A DNA stretch of 64,000 bases. It comes from the human T2T-CHM13v2.0 reference genome, Homo sapiens. Both the position numbers and the translations under genes were made by a program. Within the stretch, counting starts at the first letter, position 1. Every line of letters begins with the position of its first letter. Below, piece by piece: positions 41,901 to 56,900 of this stretch. The stretch is from NCBI RefSeq assembly GCF_009914755.1, contig NC_060948.1. One strand, given 5' to 3'. The notes under the pieces were generated by a model. That model was given only the letters and a program-made list of their open reading frames with translations, made no database searches and had not been told where the DNA came from.

Positions 41901-44900
41901 TGAACACGAATGTAATGCAATCCAATAGAATGGAATCGAATGGCATGGAATATAAAGAAATGGAATCGAAGAGAATGGAAACGAATGGAATGGAATTGAA
42001 TGGAATGGAATTGAATGGAATGGGAACGAATGGAGTGAAATTGTATGCAGTAGAAGAGAATAGAATGGAATGCAAGCGAAATTAAAGGAATGGATTGGAA
42101 TGGAATGGAATTCATTGGAATGGAAGGGAATGTATTGCAATGGACAGGCCTTTAATAAAGTGGAATGCTACGGTCTCGAATGGAATAAAAATGTATGGAA
42201 TGGAATTCAATGAAACGGAATCGAATGTCATAGAATGTAATGGAATGCAAAAAAATGGAATCCAAAATCATTGACTGGAAAGGCTGGGTGTCGAAAGGAA
42301 TTGACTCCAATGGAATGAAATCGAATGGAATGGAAGTGAATAGAATCGAAGTAAATCGAATGGAATGGAATTGTTAGGAACGGAATGGAAAGGAGTGCAA
42401 TGATTTGGCATGGAACGGAATCGAATGGCATTGAATGGAGTGGAATGGAATGCAATGGAATGGAATGTATTAGAATGTAATGAACATTAATGGAATGTAC
42501 TCGAATGGATTCGACTGGAATGGAATGTTCTGGAAGTGAATGGACTCCAATGGAATGGATTCGAAAGGAATGGAATCTAATGGAATGGAATTAAATGGAA
42601 ACGAATCAAATTGAATAGCACGGAATTGAATTGAATGGTATCAAATGCAATGGAATCTAATGAAATGGAAATGAAAGGAATGGAATGGATTGGAATGGGC
42701 TGGAGTTGAATGGAATCGATACGAATGGAATGGAATAGAACTGAAGAGACTGGAATGGAATTCACTGGAATGGAAGGGAGTGTAATGGAAGGATCTCGAA
42801 AAAAATGGAATCGAATGGAATGGAATTGAATGGAACGGAATAGAGTCGAATGGAATTCAATGGAATTGAATGGACTAGAGTGAAATGGAATCGAACCACA
42901 AGGAATGGAGAGGAATAGAATGGTCTCGAATTGAATGGAATCGTATGGAATGACATCAAACGGAATGGAATGGACAGCCACGGAATGGAATGCACTCGAA
43001 TGCAATGGAGTCGAAACTAATGGACTGGAATAGAATGGACTCGACTGGTACGGACTCCAATGGAATGGAATCGAAAGGAAGGGAATCGAACGGAATGGAC
43101 TCGAAGGGAAAAGACTGCAATGGAAAGGTCTCGAATGGAATGGAAATTAATGGAATGGAATGGAATCGAATGAAATGGAGTCAAAAGGAATGGAATCGAA
43201 TGGCAAGAAATCGAATGTAATGGAATCGCAAGGAATTGATGTGAACGGAACGGAATGGAATGGAATCCAAAGGAATGGAATAGAATGGAATGGAATCGAA
43301 TGGAAAGGACTCGAATGGAAATCACTCGAATAGAATGCAATTTAATAAAATAGGATCAAATGTAATGGAATGGAATGGAAAGGAATCGAAACGAAAGGAA
43401 TGGAGACAGATGGAATGGAATGGAACAGAGAGCAATGGTATAGAATGGAATGGAATCATCTGGAATGGAATTGAATGGAATGGAATAATATGAAATGGAA
43501 TGGAATGGAATGGAATGCCCTTGAATTAAATGGACTGGAATGGAATGGACTCGAACAGAGTGTAATGGAAAGTGTTGAAATAGAATGGAATGGACTCCTT
43601 TGGAATGGTCTAGTATGCAATGCAATCGACTGGCAGGGAATCAAAAGGAATGTAATGGAATGGATTGGACTGGAATGCAATGGACTCGAATAGATTGGAA
43701 ACGGAATGCAAAGGAATGGAATGGAATAGTATGGAATGGAATGGAAAGGAATGGAGTGGAATAGACTAGAGTGGAATGGAATGGACTGGAAAGCAATGGA
43801 CTGGAATGGAACTTTCTTGAATGGACTGGAATCAAACGGAATGGAATGCAATGCAATCAAATGGCATGGAATAAAATGGAATGAAAGGGAATCAAATGGA
43901 ATTGAATCGAATGGAATCGAATGGATTGGAAAGGAATAGAATGGAATGGAATGGAATTGACTCAAATGGAATGGACTAGAATGGAATGGATTCGAATGGA
44001 AGGCAAAGGAATGGAATCTATTGGAATGGACTGTAATGGAATGGAATGGAAGGGATTGGAATGGACTCGAATGGAATGGACTGCAATAGAAAGGATTCGA
44101 ATGGAATGAAAAAGAATTGAATGGAATAGAACAGAATGGAATCAAATCGAATGAAATGGAATGGAATAGAAAGGAATGGAATGAAATGGAATGGAAAGGA
44201 TTCGAATGGAATGCAATCGAATGGAATGGAATCGAACGGAATGGAATAAAATGGAAGAAAACTGGCAAGAAATGGAATCGAAATGAATGGAGTGTTATGG
44301 AACGGACTCAAAAGGAATTGAATGTAATAGAATGGAGTGGAGTGGACTCGAATATAATGGACTGGAATGGAATGAAATCACATGGAATGGGAACGAATGG
44401 AATGGAATGGAAAGGAATGGAATCGAATGGAAAGGAATCGAATGGAAGGGAATGAAATTGAATCAACAGGAATGGAAGGAAGTAGAATAGACGGTAATGG
44501 AATGGACTCGAATAGAATGGACACGAATGCTCAAATTGAATGGACTCGAATGGAATGGAAACGAAAGGAATGTCATCGAATGGAATTGAATCGATTGGAA
44601 TGAAATCGCATAGAATGGAGTGGAATCAAATGGAATTGAATCGAAAGGAAAGGAAGCGAATGGTCTGAAATGAAATGGAATGGAATTGAATGGAAAGTAA
44701 TGCAAGGGAATAGAATGGAACGAAATTTCACGGAATGGAATCAAACTGAATGGAATCAAATCAATGGAATATAATCAAATGGCATGGAAAGGAATTGAAT
44801 GGAGTAGATTGGATTGGATGGGATTGGAATGAAATGTACTGGAAAGGACTCGAATTTCATGAAATGGAATGGAATGAACTGGAACGGAATGGACTCGAAT

Positions 44901-47900
44901 GGATTGGAATGTCATGGAATGGCATCAAATGGAATGGCATCAAATGGAATGGAATCGAATGCAATGGAATGCTATGGAATGGAATGGACTGCATTGGAAT
45001 GGAATGTCCCCTAATGGAATGGATTCGAGTGGAATGGAATCGAATATAATGGAGTCGAATGAAATGGAATTGAAAGGAAAGGGATCGAATACAATGGAAT
45101 ATACTGGAATGTAATGTAATGAACTCGAATGTAATTGACTAGAATGGAATGTACATGAATGGAATATAATCGAATGGAAAATAATCTCATGGAATAGAAT
45201 CTAATGCAATAAAATCGACTCAAATAGAATAGAATGGAATGGAATGGAGTGCAGTGCAATGGAATGGAATGGAATGGAATGCAATGGAATGGAATGGAAT
45301 GGGATGGAATGGTATGGGATGGATAGAAATGGACTGGAGTGAAATGGACTGAAAAGTAATGGACTCAAATTGAAAGAGCTCGAAAGAATGGAGTCAAATG
45401 GAATGGTCTGGAATGGAATGAACACGAATGTAATGCAATCCAATAGAATGGAATCGAATGGCATGGAATATAAAGAAATGGAATCGAAGAGAATGGAAAC
45501 GAATGGAATGGAATTGAATGGAATGGAATTGAATGGAATGGGAACGAATGGAGTGAAATTGTATGCAGTAGAAGAGAATAGAATGGAATGCAAGCGAAAT
45601 TAAAGGAATGGATTGGAATGGAATGGAATTCATTGGAATGGAAGGGAATGTATTGCAATGGACAGGCCTTTAATAAAGTGGAATGCTACGGTCTCGAATG
45701 GAATAAAAATGTATGGAATGGAATTCAATGAAACGGAATCGAATGTCATAGAATGTAATGGAATGCAAAAAAATGGAATCCAAAATCATTGACTGGAAAG
45801 GCTGGGTGTCGAAAGGAATTGACTCCAATGGAATGAAATCGAATGGAATGGAAGTGAATAGAATCGAAGTAAATCGAATGGAATGGAATTGTTAGGAACG
45901 GAATGGAAAGGAGTGCAATGATTTGGCATGGAACGGAATCGAATGGCATTGAATGGAGTGGAATGGAATGCAATGGAATGGAATGTATTAGAATGTAATG
46001 AACATTAATGGAATGTACTCGAATGGATTCGACTGGAATGGAATGTTCTGGAAGTGAATGGACTCCAATGGAATGGATTCGAAAGGAATGGAATCTAATG
46101 GAATGGAATTAAATGGAAACGAATCAAATTGAATAGCACGGAATTGAATTGAATGGAATCGAATGCAATGGAATCTAATGAAATGGAAATGAAAGGAATG
46201 GAATGGATTGGAATGGGCTGGAGTTGAATGGAATCGATACGAATGGAATGGAATAGAACTGAAGAGACTGGAATGGAATTCACTGGAATGGAAGGGAGTG
46301 TAATGGAAGGATCTCGAAAAAAATGGAATCGAATGGAATGGAATTGAATGGAACGGAATAGAGTCGAATGGAATTCAATGGAATTGAATGGACTAGAGTG
46401 AAATGGAATCGAACCACAAGGAATGGAGAGGAATAGAATGGTCTCGAATTGAATGGAATCGTATGGAATGACATCAAACGGAATGGAATGGACAGCCACG
46501 GAATGGAATGCACTCGAATGCAATGGAGTCGAAACTAATGGACTGGAATAGAATGGACTCGACTGGTACGGACTCCAATGGAATGGAATCGAAAGGAAGG
46601 GAATCGAACGGAATGGACTCGAAGGGAAAAGACTGCAATGGAAAGGTCTCGAATGGAATGGAAATTAATGGAATGGAATGGAATCGAATGAAATGGAGTC
46701 AAAAGGAATGGAATCGAATGGCAAGAAATCGAATGTAATGGAATCGCAAGGAATTGATGTGAACGGAACGGAATGGAATGGAATCCAAAGGAATGGAATA
46801 GAATGGAATGGAATCGAATGGAAAGGACTCGAATGGAAATCACTCGAATAGAATGCAATTTAATAAAATAGGATCAAATGTAATGGAATGGAAAGGAATC
46901 GAAACGAAAGGAATGGAGACAGATGGAATGGAATGGAACAGAGAGCAATGGTATAGAATGGAATGGAATCATCTGGAATGGAATTGAATGGAATGGAATA
47001 ACATGAAATGGAATGGAATGGAATGGAATGCCCTTGAATTAAATGGACTGGAATGGAATGGACTCGAACAGAGTGTAATGGAAAGTGTTGAAATAGAATG
47101 GAATGGACTCCTTTGGAATGGTCTAGTATGCAATGCAATCGACTGGCAGGGAATCAAAAGGAATGTAATGGAATGGATTGGACTGGAATGCAATGGACTC
47201 GAATAGATTGGAAACGGAATGCAAAGGAATGGAATGGAATAGTATGGAATGGAATGGAAAGGAATGGAGTGGAATAGACTAGAGTGGAATGGAATGGACT
47301 GGAAAGCAATGGACTGGAATGGAACTTTCTTGAATGGACTGGAATCAAACGGAATGGAATGCAATGCAATCAAATGGCATGGAATAAAATGGAATGAAAG
47401 GGAATCAAATGGAATTGAATCGAATGGAATCGAATGGATTGGAAAGGAATAGAATGGAATGGAATGGAATTGACTCAAATGGAATGGACTAGAATGGAAT
47501 GGATTCGAATGGAAGGCAAAGGAATGGAATCTATTGGAATGGACTGTAATGGAATGGAATGGAAGGGATTGGAATGGACTCGAATGGAATGGACTGCAAT
47601 AGAAAGGATTCGAATGGAATGAAAAAGAATTGAATGGAATAGAACAGAATGGAATCAAATCGAATGAAATGGAATGGAATAGAAAGGAATGGAATGAAAT
47701 GGAATGGAAAGGATTCGAATGGAATGCAATCGAATGGAATGGAATCGAACGGAATGGAATAAAATGGAAGAAAACTGGCAAGAAATGGAATCGAAATGAA
47801 TGGAGTGTTATGGAACGGACTCAAAAGGAATTGAATGTAATAGAATGGAGTGGAGTGGACTCGAATATAATGGACTGGAATGGAATGAAATCACATGGAA

Positions 47901-50900
47901 TGGGAACGAATGGAATGGAATGGAAAGGAATGGAATCGAATGGAAAGGAATCGAATGGAAGGGAATGAAATTGAATCAACAGGAATGGAAGGGAATAGAA
48001 TAGACGGTAATGGAATGGACTCGAATAGAATGGACACGAATGCTCAAATTGAATGGACTCGAATGGAATGGAAACGAAAGGAATGTCATCGAATGGAATT
48101 GAATCGATTGGAATGAAATCGCATAGAATGGAGTGGAATCAAATGGAATTGAATCGAAAGGAAAGGAAGCGAATGGACTGAAATGAAATGGAATGGAATT
48201 GAATGGAAAGTAATGCAATGGAATAGAATGGAACGAAATTTCACGGAATGGAATGAAACTGAATGGAATCAAATCAATGGAATCTAATCAAGTGGAATGG
48301 AAAGGAATTGAATGGAGTAGATTGGATTGGATGGGATTGGAATGAAATGTACTGGAAAGGACTCGAGTTTCATGAAACGGAATGGAATGAATTGGAACGG
48401 AACGGACTCGAATGGAATGGAATGTCATGGAATGGCATCAAATGGAATGGCATCAAATGGAATGGAATCGAATGCAATGGAATGCTATGGAATGGAATGG
48501 AATGCATTGGAATGGAATGTCCTCTAATGGAATGGATTCGAGTGGAATGGAATCGAATATAATGGAGTCGAATTAAATGGAATTGAAAGGAATGGGATCG
48601 AATACAATGGAATATACTGGAATGTAATGTAATGAACTCGAATGTAATTGACTGGAATGGAATGTACATGAATGGAATGTAATCGAATGGAAAGTAATCC
48701 AATGGAATAGAATCTAATGCAATAAAATCGACTCAGATAGAGTAGAATGTAATGGAATTGAGTGCAGTGCAATGGAATGGAATGGAATGGAATGCAATGG
48801 AATGGAATGGAATGGAAAGGAATGGAATGGAATGGGATGGAATGGTATGGAATGGATAGTAATGGACTGGAGTGAAATGGACTGGAAATGAATGGACTCA
48901 AATTGAAAGGGCTCGAAAGGAATGGAGTCAAAAGGAATGGTCTGGAATGGAATGAACACGAATGTAATGCAATCCAATAGAATGGAATCGAATGGCATGG
49001 AATATAAAGAAATGGAATCGAAGAGAATGGAAACAAATGGAATGGAATTGAATGGAATGGAATTGAATGGAATGGGAACGAATGGAGTGAAATTGTATGC
49101 AGTAGAAGAGAATAGAATGGAATGCAAGCGAAAGGAAAGGAATGGATTGGAATGGAATGGAATTCATTGGAATGGAAGGGAATGTAGTGTAATGGACAGG
49201 CCTGGAATAAAGTGGAATGCTACGGTCTCAAATGGAATAAAAATGTATGGAATGGAATGCAATGAAACGGAATCGAATGTCATAGAATGTAATGGAATGC
49301 AAAAAAATGGAATCCAAAATCATTGACTGGAAAGGCTGGGTGTCGAAAGGAATTGACTCCAATGGAATGGAATCGAATGGAATGGAAGTGAATAGAATGG
49401 AACTAAATCGAATGGAATCGAATTGATAGGAACGGAATGGAAAGGAATGCAATGATTTGGCATGGAATGGAATCGAATGGCATCGAATGGAATGGAATGG
49501 AATGCAATGGAATGGAATGTATTAGAATGTAATGAACTTTAATGGAATGTACTCGAATGGATTCGACTGGAATGGAATGTTCTGGAAGTGAATGGACTCC
49601 AATGGAATGGATTCAAAAGGAATGGAGTCGTACGGAATGGAATCTAATGGAATGGAATTAAATGGAAATGAATCAAATTGAATAGAACGGAATTGAATTG
49701 AATGGAATCGAATGCAATGGAATCTAATGAAACGGAAAGGAAAGGAATGGAATGGAATGGAATGGGCTGGAATGGAAAGGAATCGAAACGAATGGAATGG
49801 AATCGAACTGAAGAGACTTGAATGGAATGCACTGGAATGGAAGGGAGTGTAATGGAAGGTTCTCGAAAAAAATGGAATCGAATGGAATGGAATTGAGTGG
49901 AACGGAATAGAGTCGAATGGAATTGAATGGAATGGAATGGACTAGAGTGAAATGGAATCGAACCACAAGGAATGGACAGGAATAGAATGGTCTCGAATTG
50001 AATGGAATCGTATGGAATGGCATCAAACGGAATGGAATGGACAGCCACGGAATGGAATGCACTCGAATGCAATGGAGTCGAAACTAATGGACTGGAATAG
50101 AATGGACTCGACTGGTACGGACTCCAATGGAATGGAATCGAATGGAAGGGAATCGAACGGAATGGACTCGAAGGGAAAAGACTGCAATGGAAAGGTCTCG
50201 AATGGAATGGAAATTAATGGAATGGAACGGAATCGAATGAAATGGAGTCAAAGGAATGGAATCGAATGGCAAGAAATCGAATGCAATGGAATCGCAAGGA
50301 ATTGATGTGAACGGAACGGAATGGAATGGAATCCAAAGGAATGGAATAGAATGGAATGGAATCGAATGGAAAGGACTCGAATGGAAATCACTCGAACAGA
50401 ATGCAATTTAATAAAATAGGATCAAATGTAATGGAATGGAATGGAAAGGAATCGAAACGAAAGGAATGGAGACAGATGGAATGGAATGGAACAGAGAGGA
50501 ATGGTATAGAATGGAATGGAATCATCTGGAATGGAATTGAATGGAATGGAATAATATGAAATGGAATGGAATGGAATGGAATGCCCTTGAATTAAATGGA
50601 CTGGAATGGAATGGACTCAAACAGAGTGGAATGGAAAGTGTGGATATAGAATGGAATGAACTCCTTTGGAATGGTCTAGTAGACAATGCAATCGACTGGC
50701 AGGGAATCAAAAGGAATGTAATCGAATGGATTGGACTGGAATGCAATGGACTCGAATAGATTGGAAACGGAATGCAAAGGAATGGAATGGAATAGTATGG
50801 AATGTTATGGAAAGGAATGGAGTGGAATAGACTAGAGTGGAATGGAATGGACTGGAAAGCAATGGACTGGAATGGAACATTCTTGAATGGACTGGAATCA

Positions 50901-53900
50901 AACGGAATGGAATGCAATGCAATCAAATGGCATGGAATAAAATAGAATGAAAGAGAATCAAATGGAATTGAATCGAATGGAATCGAATGGATTGGAATGG
51001 AATAGAATGGAATGGAATGGAATTGACTCAAATGGAATGGACTAGAATGGAATGGATTCGAATGGAAGGCAAAGGAATGGAATCTATTGGAATGGACTGT
51101 AATGGAATGGAATGGAAGGGATTGGAATGGACTCGAATGGAATGGACTGCAATAGAAAGGATTCGAATGGAATGAAAAAGAATTGAATGGAATAGAACAG
51201 AATGGAATCAAATCGAATGAAATGGAATGGAATAGAAAGGAATGGAATGAAATGGAATGGAAAGGATTCGAATGGAATGCAATCGAATGGAATGGAATCG
51301 AACGGAATGGAATAAAATGGAAGAAAACTGGCAAGAAATGGAATCGAAATGAATGGAGTGTGGAACGGACTCAAAAGGAATTGAATGTAATAGAATGGAG
51401 TGGAGTGGACTCGAATATAATGGACTGGAATGGAATGAAATCACATGGAATGGGAACGAATGGAATGGAATGGAAAGGAATGGAATCGAATGGAAAGGAA
51501 TCGGATGGAAGGGAATGCAATTGAATCAACAGGAATGGAAGGGAATAGAATAGACGGTAATGGAATGGACTCGAATAGAATGGACACGAATGCTCAAATT
51601 GAATGGACTCGAATGGAATGGAAACGAAAGGAATGTCATCGAATGGAATTGAATCGATTGGAATGAAATCGCATAGAATGGAGTGGAATCAAATGGAATT
51701 GAATCGAAAGGAAAGGAAGCGAATGGACTGAAATGAAATGGAATGGAATTGAATGGAAAGTAATGCAATGGAATAGAATGGAACGAAATTTCACGGAATG
51801 GAATCAAACTGAATGGAATCAAATCAATGGAATCTAATCAAGTGGAATGGAAAGGAATTGAATGGAGTAGATTGGATTGGATGGGATTGGAATGAAATGT
51901 ACTGGAAAGGACTCGAATTTCATGAAACGGAATGGAATGAATTGGAACGGAATGGACTCGAATGGAATGGAATGTCATGGAATGGCATCAAATGGAATGG
52001 CATCAAATGGAATGGAATCGAATGCAATGGAATGCTATGGAATGGAATGGAATGCATTGGAATGGAATGTCCTCTAATGGAATGGATTCGAGTGGAATGG
52101 AATCGAATATAATGGAGTCGATTGAAATGGAATTGAAAGGAATGGGATCGAATAGAATGGAATATACTGGAATGTAATGTAATGAACTTGAATGTAATTG
52201 ACTGGAATGGAATGTACATGAATGGAATGTACATGAATGGAATGTAATCGAATGGAAAGTAATCCAATGGAATAGAATCTAATGCAATAAAATCGACTCA
52301 GATAGAGTAGAATGTAATGGAATGGAGTGCAGTGCAATGGAATGGAATGGAATGGAATGCAATGGAATGGAATGGAATGGAATGGAATGGAATGGTGTGG
52401 AATGGATAGTAATGGACTGGAGTGAAATGGACTGGAAATGAATGGACTCAAATTGAAAGGGCTCGAAAGGAATGGAGTCAAATGGAATGGTCTGGAATGG
52501 AATGAACACGAATGTAATGCAATCCAATAGAATGGAATCGAATGGCATGGAATATAAAGAAATGGAATCGAAGAGAATGGAAACAAATGGAATGGAATTG
52601 AATGGAATGGAATTGAATGGAATGGGAACGAATGGAGTGAAATTGTATGCAGTAGAAGAGAATAGAATGGAATGCAAGCGAAAGGAAAGGAATGGATTGG
52701 AATGGAATGGAATTCATTGGAATGGAAGGGAATGTAGTGTAATGGACAGGCCTGGAATAAAGTGGAATGCTACGGTCTCGAATGGAATAAAAATGTATGG
52801 AATGGAATGCAATGAAACGGAATCGAATGTCATAGAATGTAATGGAATGCAAAAAAATGGAATCCAAAATCATTGACTGGAAAGGCTGGATGTCGAAAGG
52901 AATTGACTCCAATGGAATGGAATCGAATGGAATGGAAGTGAATAGAATCGAACTAAATCGAATGGAATGGAATTGATAGGAACGGAATGGAAAGGAATGC
53001 AATGATTTGGCATGGAATGGAAACGAATGGTATCTAATGGAATGGAATGTAATGTAATGGAATGGAATGTATTAGAATGTAATGAACTTTAATGGAATGT
53101 ACTCGAATGGATTCGACTGGAATGGAATGTTCTGGAAGTGAATGGACTCCAATGGAATGGATTCAAACGGAATGGAATCGTACGGAATGGAATCTAATGG
53201 AATGGAATTAAATGGAAATGAATCAAATTGAATAGCACGGAATTGAATTGAATGGAATGGAATGCAATGGAATCTAATGAAACGGAAAGGAAAGGAATGG
53301 AATGGAATGGAATGGGCTGGAATGGAAAGGAATCGAAACGAATGGAATGGAATCGAACTGAAGAGACTGGAATGGAATGCACTGGAATGGAAGGGAGTGT
53401 AATGGAAGGTTCTCGAAAAAAATGGAATCGAATGGAATGGAATTGAATGGAACGGAATAGAGTCGAATGGAATTGAATGGAATGGAATGGACTAGAGTGA
53501 AATGGAATCGAACCACAAGGAATGGACAGGAATAGAATGGTCTCGAATTGAATGGAATCGTATGGAATGGCATCAAACGGAATGGAATGGACAACCACGG
53601 AATGGAATGCACTCGAATGCAATGGAGTCGAAACTAATGGACTGGAATAGAATGGACTCGACTGGTACGGACTCCAATGGAATGGAATCGAATGGAAGGG
53701 AATCGAACGGAATGGACTCGAAGGGAAAAGACTGCAATGGAAAGGTCTCGAATGGAATGGAAATTAATGGAATGGAATGGAATCGAATGAAATGGAGTCA
53801 AAAGGAATGGAATCGAATGGCAAGAAATCGAATGTAATGGAATCGCAAGGAATTGATGTGAACGGAACGGAATGGAATGGAATCCAAAGGAATGGAATAG

Positions 53901-56900
53901 AATGGAATGGAATCGAATGGAAAGGACTCGAATGGAAATCACTCGAATAGAATGCAATTTAATAAAATAGGATCAAATGTAATGGAATGGAATGGAAAGG
54001 AATCGAAACGAAAGGAATGGAGACAGATGGAATGGAATGGAACAGAGAGCAATGGTATAGAATGGAATGGAATCATCTGGAATGGAATTGAATGGAATGG
54101 AATAATATGAAATGGAATGGAATGGAATGGAATGGAATGCCCTTGAATTAAATGGACTGGAATGGAATGGACTCGAACAGAGTGGAATGGAAAGTGTTGA
54201 GATAGAATGTAATGGACTCCTTCGGAATGGTGTAGTATGCAATGCAATCGACTGGCAGGGAATCAAAAGGAATGTAATCGAATGGATTGGACTGGAATGC
54301 AATGGACTCGAATAGATTGGAAACGGAATGCAAAGGAATGGAATGGAATAGTATGGAATGGAATGGAAAGGAATGGAGTGGAATAGACTAGAGTGGAATG
54401 GAATGGACTGGAAAGCAATGGACTGGAATGGAACTTTCTTGAATGGACTGGAATCAAACGGAATGGAATGCAATGCAATCAAATGGCATAGAATAAGATA
54501 GAATGAAAGAGAATCAAATGGAATTGAATGGAATGGAATCGAATGGATTGGAAAGGAATAGAATGGAATGGAATGGAATGGACTAGAATGGAATGGATTC
54601 GAATGGAAGGCAAAGGAATGGAATCTATTGGAATGGACTGTAATGGAATGCAATGGAAGGGATTGGAATGGACTCGAATGGAATGGACTGCAATAGAAAG
54701 GATTCGAATGGAATGAAAAAGAATTGAATGGAATAGAACAGAATGGAATCAAATCGAATGAAATGGAATGGAATAGAAAGGAATGGAATGAAATGGAATG
54801 GAAAGGATTCGAATGGAATGCAAACGAATGGAATGGAATCGAACGGAATGGAATAAAATGGAAGAAAACTGGCAAGAAATGGAATCGAAATGAATGGAGT
54901 GTTATGGAAGGGACTCAAAAGGAATTGAATGTAATAGAATGGAGTGGAGTGGACTCGAATATAATGGACTTGAATGGAATGAAATCACATGGAATGGGAA
55001 CGAATGGAATGGAATGGAAAGGAATGGAATCGAATGGAAAGGAATCGAATGGAAGGGAATGAAATTTAACCAACAGGAATGGAACGGAATAGAATAGACC
55101 GTAATGGAATGGACTCGAATAGAATGGACACTAATGCTCAAATTGAATGGACTCGAATGGAATGGAAACGAAAGGAATGTCATCGAATGGAATTGAATCG
55201 ATTGGAATGAAATCGCATAGAATGGAGTGGAATCAAATGGAATTGAATCGAAAGGAAAGGAAGCGAATGGACTGAAATGAAATGGAATGGAATTGAATGG
55301 AAAGTAATGCAATGGAATAGAATGGAACGAAATTTCACGGAATGGAATCAAACTGAATGGAATCAAATCAATGGAATCAAATCAAATGGAATGGAAAGGA
55401 ATTGAATGGAGTAGATTGGATTGGATGGGATTGGAATGAAATGTACTGGAAAGGACTCGAATTTCATGAAACGGAATGGAATGAATTGGAACGGAATGGA
55501 CTCGAATGGAATGGAATGTCATGGAATGGCATCAAATGGAATGGCATCAAATGGAATGGAATCGAATGCAATGGAATGCTATGGAATGGAATGGAATGCA
55601 TTGGAATGGAATGTCCTCTAATGGAATGGATTCGAGTGGAATGGAATCGAATATAATGGAGTCGAATGAAATGGAATTGAAAAGAATGGGATCGAATACA
55701 ATGGAATATACTGGAATGTAATGTAATGAACTCGAATGTAATTGACTGGAATGGAATGTATATGAATGGAATGTAATCGAATGGAAAGTAATCCAATGGA
55801 ATAGAATCTAATGCAATAAAATCGACTCAGATAGAGTAGAATGTAATGGAATGGAGTGCAGTGCAATGGAATGGAATGGAATGGAATGCAATGGAATGGA
55901 ATGGAATGGAATGGAATGGGATGGAATGGTATGGAATGGATAGTAATGGACTGGAGTGAAATGGACTGGAAAGGAATGGACTCAAATTGAAAGGGCTCGA
56001 AAGGAATGGAGACAAATGGAATGGTCTGGAATGGAATGAACACGAATGTAATGCATTCCAATAGAATAGAGTCGAATGGCATGGAATATAAAGAAATGGA
56101 ATCGAAGAGAATAGAAACAAATGGAATGGAATTGAATGGAATGGAATTGAATGGAATGGGAACGAATGGAGTGAAATTGTATGCAGTAGAAGAGAATAGA
56201 ATGGAATGCAAGCGAAAGGAAAGTAATGGATTGGAATGGAATGGAATTCATTGGAATGGAAGGGAATGTAGTGTAATGGACAGGCCTGGAATAAAGTGGA
56301 AAGCTACGGTCTCGAGTGGAATAAAAATGTATGGATTGGAATGCAATGAAACGGAATCGAATGTCATAGAATGTAATGGAATGCAAAAAAATGGAATCCG
56401 AAATCATTGACTGGAAAGGCTGGGTGTCGAAAGGAATTGACTCCAATGGAATGGAATCGAATGGAATGGAAGTGAATAGAATCGAACTAAATCGAATGGA
56501 ATGGAATTGATAGGAACGGAATGGAAAGGAATGCAATGATTTGGCATGGAATGGAATCGAATGGCATCGAATGGAATGGAATGGAATGCAATGGAATGGA
56601 ATGTATTAGAATGTAATGAACTTTAATGGAATGTACTCGAAAGGATTTGACTGGAATGGAATGTTCTGGAAGTGAATGGACTCCAATGGAATGGATTCGA
56701 AAGGAATGGAATCGTACGGAATGGAATCTAATGGAATGGAATTAAATGGAAATGAATCAAATTGAATAGCACGGAATTGAATTGAATGGAATGGAATGCA
56801 ATGGAATCTAATGAAACGGAAAGGAAAGGAATGCAATGGAATGGAATGGGCTGGAATGGAAAGGAATCGAAACGAATGGAATGGCATCGAACTGAAGAGA

